Source: an uncultured Oscillibacter sp.
Lineage (GTDB): Bacteria > Bacillota > Clostridia > Oscillospirales > Oscillospiraceae
Assembly: GCA_910583785.1 (NCBI GenBank)
Contig: CAJTZK010000010.1
Location: 7,338 to 71,337 of the forward strand
DNA: 64,000 nucleotides
Reading direction: 5' to 3'
The notes under the pieces are model-generated. The model was not told where the DNA came from, ran no database searches, and was given only the letters and a program-made list of their open reading frames with translations. The position numbers and the translations under genes are program-made. This document shows positions 60,327 to 64,000 of the stretch, piece by piece. Within the stretch, counting starts at the first letter, position 1; each line of letters begins with the position of its first letter.

Positions 60327-61136
60327 ATGACCGAAGGTGTACGTTTTACCGGCATTCCCAGCGCCGAGGAACTGCGAGGCGCTTCCGGCATTCCCAGCCA
60401 GGAGCGCATGAAAAAGGGCCCCGTGGCGGTCATTGAGTGCGTACAGGAGATTCCCTGCAACCCCTGTGAAAACGCCTGTCCTTTTGGCGCGATTAAGATC
60501 GGGGATCCGATTACCAACCTGCCCGTTTTGGATGGGGAAAAGTGCACCGGATGCGGGACTTGCGTCGCCATGTGCCCCGGACAGGCCATTTTCTTGGTGA
60601 ATGAAGCCTACTCGGAGACAGAGACCGAAATTTCCTTCCCCTTTGAATATCTGCCGCAGCCTGAAACGGGCGATGTAGTCGATGCGGTGAACCGCGCCGG
60701 AGAAGTGGTCTGCAAGGGGACGGTCACCAAGGTCAAAATGCCGCCCTCCTACAAAAATACGTGCGTTGTCACCATCGCTGTTCCCAAACAGTATGCCGGA
60801 GAGGTCCGCAGCATGAAGCGCCTGGTTCTGGCGGAGTCCCTCCCGGCTCCCGAGAAAAGGAGTACCGCCAGCCAGCTGGTTTGCCGTTGCGAGGAACTGA
60901 CGAGAGAGGACATCGAACGGGCAATCGACGAAGGCGCTACGACGATTGACGGCATTAAGCGGCGCACGCGGGCGGGAATGGGACTTTGCCAGGGGAAAAC
61001 CTGTGAGCGGCTGGTGGCCCGCATTCTTTCCGAGAAAACCGGACGGCCCCTGGCGGACTTCCTGCCCGCCACAAAGAGGGCTCCTGTCCGTCCCGTACAG
61101 ATGAGCATTGTCGCGGATAACTGCGAGGAAAATTGA
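60327..61136 (+). CDS. 4Fe-4S protein fused to a BFD-like [2Fe-2S] domain
   Basis: CNPCENACP, CTGCGTCVAMCP, then CRCEE...GMGLCQGKTC. Confidence 0.88.
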   Translation: MTEGVRFTGIPSAEELRGASGIPSQERMKKGPVAVIECVQEIPCNPCENACPFGAIKIGDPITNLPVLDGEKCTGCGTCVAMCPGQAIFLVNEAYSETETEISFPFEYLPQPETGDVVDAVNRAGEVVCKGTVTKVKMPPSYKNTCVVTIAVPKQYAGEVRSMKRLVLAESLPAPEKRSTASQLVCRCEELTREDIERAIDEGATTIDGIKRRTRAGMGLCQGKTCERLVARILSEKTGRPLADFLPATKRAPVRPVQMSIVADNCEEN

Positions 61137-61149
61137 AAGGAGAAACCGC

Positions 61150-61560
61150 ATGTCAAGAGAATACTTGGATTACGAGAAGCGCCGCCTGATGACCAGTTAC
61201 CTGTTGGAACGGGCTGCTTCTGCGGGGAAGCCTATTACGGTTGCCTTTACCGACGAATCCCGGGCGGTAATCGATATCACCATGATGGACGGAATGGCCG
61301 CGAGGAGCGTGGCCCTCGTCAGCAAGAAAGCCTACACTGCGGCGCTGATGCACAAGCGTACCGCCGATTGGTGGGCTCAAATGAAAAAGCTGGGCATTGA
61401 TTCCTTTGCCATGAATGATCCGCAGATGACCTATCTGCCCGGCGGCGCGCCGATCTTTACGGACGAGGGCGACCTCATCGGCGCAATTGGCGTCAGCGGC
61501 TGGACGATGGAGGAGGACCAGATGCTGGCGGATGAGGCGGTTGCCCTTTTGAAAAAGTAA
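61150..61560 (+). CDS. GlcG/HbpS-like protein
   Basis: KKAYTA, GGAPI, IGAIGVSG, EEDQMLA. Confidence 0.85.
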   Translation: MSREYLDYEKRRLMTSYLLERAASAGKPITVAFTDESRAVIDITMMDGMAARSVALVSKKAYTAALMHKRTADWWAQMKKLGIDSFAMNDPQMTYLPGGAPIFTDEGDLIGAIGVSGWTMEEDQMLADEAVALLKK

Positions 61561-61716
61561 CCTGCCTTTTGCAGACATGGGTGGGCGTGCCCCGGAATCC
61601 TGTTGAGATAACCAGGCTTTGCTTGTAATAGCTGGTGATTCCCATTCTTTTTGCGCGCAGAACTACCTTTCCTTATGGGATTCAATCAACAATCGCATGG
61701 AGAAAAGGAGAAAAAT

Positions 61717-63096
61717 ATGATTAAAGTTATCATCCCCATTGCCGTAATGATCGCAATTATTGTAATCAAACAAATTCCCTTCATTGGCGGAAAAGTTCAC
61801 TACGCGCTACTGGCTGCCGGGGCCGTCGCCCTATTGGTAGGCGGTATCTATCATCCGATGGATTGGATTACAGCTTATATCGACGGGTTGAACCGCATTT
61901 CCTGGGTTATCCTGATCGCGCTTTTCGGCGGCATCTACGCCCGCACCCAGACGGCTATGGGGACGATGGACACGGTCCTGAGCGCCAGCCGCGCCGCCTT
62001 TGGACACACACCCAAGGGGCTTTACGCCGCTGGCATGATTACGCTGATTCTCTTTGGTTCCCTTCTGGGAGAGGGCCTGTCTGCCGCCTGCGTGGCAGGT
62101 GTGCTGATGGTGGGCCCCATGCGGGACCTGGGGCTGGAACCGGAGCAGATTTCCGCGTCCTTGGTGCTGGGCGGCCTGCTGGGCTCCCTGTGCCCGCCTA
62201 TGACCAACGGGATTGTGCTGGCTTCCTCCCTGTGCGGCGCGGACTATGACACCGTTTTGAAGTGGTCCTTTGTGACGGTCCCGTTCTGCTGCGCGGTTGT
62301 GATTCTCTTCTATGCCTTCCGCTGGATCAAGATCAAGGCGCTGCCGGAGCACCTGATTCCCCAGGAAAAGGCCGGGACCATCCTGAAAAACGGCATCTCT
62401 ACCTTGGTTCCCATGCTGACGCTGGTTGTGATTATGATTCTCGCCTATGGTCCCTGGAACAGCACCGTAAACACCAACCTCATTACCTATATATGGGGAT
62501 GGCTGCAAAAGCTGGTTTCCGGGATTCCGTTCCTCAGCGGTTTAAGCAACATGATTGTGCTGTCCCTGGTCACGGTTACCATCATTGCATTCTGCTTCAA
62601 AAAAGTCCGGGAATATGGTGTTGGAAGGTGCATCAAAGAGGGATTCAAGGACTATCTGCCCTGCGGCGCCGTCCATGCCTGCTGCGCCCTGATGCTGGGA
62701 GGCTTCTATGCGGCCGGGCTGATTGACGTGATCGCCGAGTGGGCCGTTACCCTGAACACTGGCCTGCTCAAGCTGGGAGGCGCCGGAGCCATGGGCCTGA
62801 TGGGCATGATTACGGGTTCTCAGTCCACGTCTCAGAATGTGATTCTCTCCTTCTTTGGTCCTGCGCTGACGGCCACGGGTATGACGGCCGAGGCGGCTGC
62901 GCTGGCGGGCTCCCACTTGGCGATGGGGTCCCAGGCCTTCCCGCCTACGGATCTTTGCACCATTGTGGTTGCGCCCCTGGTGGCGGGCACGCTGGGCGAG
63001 CCTTGCGACTACGTGAAATCCATGATGAAGTCTCTCCCCGGTTTCCTTTTCCTGTTTGGCATGGGCATTTTGCTGCTGTTCGTCTCTCCCTGCTGA
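61717..63096 (+). CDS. Ion-transporter superfamily permease (DctM/GntP-like)
   Basis: Many hydrophobic segments; LGSLCPP and AFPPT hairpin-like motifs. Confidence 0.75.
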   Translation: MIKVIIPIAVMIAIIVIKQIPFIGGKVHYALLAAGAVALLVGGIYHPMDWITAYIDGLNRISWVILIALFGGIYARTQTAMGTMDTVLSASRAAFGHTPKGLYAAGMITLILFGSLLGEGLSAACVAGVLMVGPMRDLGLEPEQISASLVLGGLLGSLCPPMTNGIVLASSLCGADYDTVLKWSFVTVPFCCAVVILFYAFRWIKIKALPEHLIPQEKAGTILKNGISTLVPMLTLVVIMILAYGPWNSTVNTNLITYIWGWLQKLVSGIPFLSGLSNMIVLSLVTVTIIAFCFKKVREYGVGRCIKEGFKDYLPCGAVHACCALMLGGFYAAGLIDVIAEWAVTLNTGLLKLGGAGAMGLMGMITGSQSTSQNVILSFFGPALTATGMTAEAAALAGSHLAMGSQAFPPTDLCTIVVAPLVAGTLGEPCDYVKSMMKSLPGFLFLFGMGILLLFVSPC

Positions 63097-63253
63097 CAGC
63101 GGGTTCCCCAGGCGTTTTGGGCCGCGGAGGGCAGCTGTGAAATGGCAGGCGGCCGGGGCGTTGGTTCCGCCCCAGCCGCCGTCATTTTACCCGCTTCGAA
63201 GGTCGGTTCCCCCAAAAATGTAGGCCGCAATATTAAAATGGAGGTTATGCGGA

Positions 63254-63976
63254 ATGTCAATGGCTTATGGCAATACGACTACCTATGGTCAAAAAATTGG
63301 AATCCTCATGCTGGCGACCCATTTTCCCCGCGTCCCGGGAGATATCGGAAACGCCACCAGTTTTCCCTTTCCGGTGGTGTACCGGGTCGTGCGGGAGGCT
63401 ACAGCCGAAACCGTCGTAAACCAGCAGGACCCGGCTTTGATTGAACCGTTCTGCCAGGCGGCGCGGGAGCTGGAAGCGGAGGGGTGTAAATGCATTGTCA
63501 CCAGCTGCGGCTTCATGGCAATTTTTCAAAAGGAAATCGCGGCGGCTGTCAATATTCCCGTGATCTCCTCCAGCCTGCTGCAAGTCCGCTTGGTGAGCTC
63601 TATGTTACCAGGCAGGAAGATCGGCATTATCACGGCGAAGGCGCCCGCGCTGGGGGAGAAGCATTTCCGGGGCGTGGACATTCTCGATGTGGACAAGGTG
63701 GTCTACGGCATTGAGGACACGGATTTTGGGCAGACATTTTTTAAGGACTGCGATTACATAGACCTGGGCTTGGCACGGGAGGAAATGATAAAAGTCGGCC
63801 GGAAGATGCTCTCGGAACATCCGGATATCGGCGCCATTGTGCTGGAGTGCACCAACATGCCCCCCTTTACCAAAGCCCTTCAGGAGTCTACGGGGCTTCC
63901 TGTATTCGACGTAATCAATTTGATCCGTTACGTGCACGACGCGATCGTATCCCCCGGCTATACGGGGTACCTGTAA
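63254..63976 (+). CDS. Asp/Glu/hydantoin racemase family protein
   Basis: PGDIGNATSF; both candidate catalytic cysteines present (TSCGF, LECTN). Confidence 0.85.
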   Translation: MSMAYGNTTTYGQKIGILMLATHFPRVPGDIGNATSFPFPVVYRVVREATAETVVNQQDPALIEPFCQAARELEAEGCKCIVTSCGFMAIFQKEIAAAVNIPVISSSLLQVRLVSSMLPGRKIGIITAKAPALGEKHFRGVDILDVDKVVYGIEDTDFGQTFFKDCDYIDLGLAREEMIKVGRKMLSEHPDIGAIVLECTNMPPFTKALQESTGLPVFDVINLIRYVHDAIVSPGYTGYL

Positions 63977-64000
63977 CCCCCCAGCGTCTCCCTAGTCGGG

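Overview
A 64-kb chromosomal window from a high-GC, spore-forming Clostridia bacterium. The gene repertoire (sigK, T-box, lysine riboswitch, recA-recX-rimO-pgsA) suggests Oscillospiraceae; this assignment is an inference. Most of the window is housekeeping and metabolism: glycolipid glycosyltransferases, a lipoprotein plus two-component system, prmC/recA/recX/rimO/pgsA, a sugar ABC operon, recQ, a metal ABC pair, rpmE, hflX, two ECF sigma/anti-sigma pairs, T-box-controlled trpB2, ldh, sigK, a broken feoAAB locus and a lysine-riboswitch transporter. The right end holds a less GC-skewed, LysR-linked amino-acid oxidation/racemase cluster. No rRNA, tRNA, CRISPR array, transposase or integrase was seen. 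The main unexplained structures are: (1) three separate two-gene cassettes of an XRE repressor and a divergent tiny ORF, each with a near-consensus promoter covered by its own palindrome; (2) a ~230-bp structured repeat that brackets one cassette as an inverted pair and follows another as a partial copy; (3) an unannotated 31-aa hydrophobic peptide gene facing a convergent promoter, i.e. a candidate type I toxin-antitoxin locus at 108-418.
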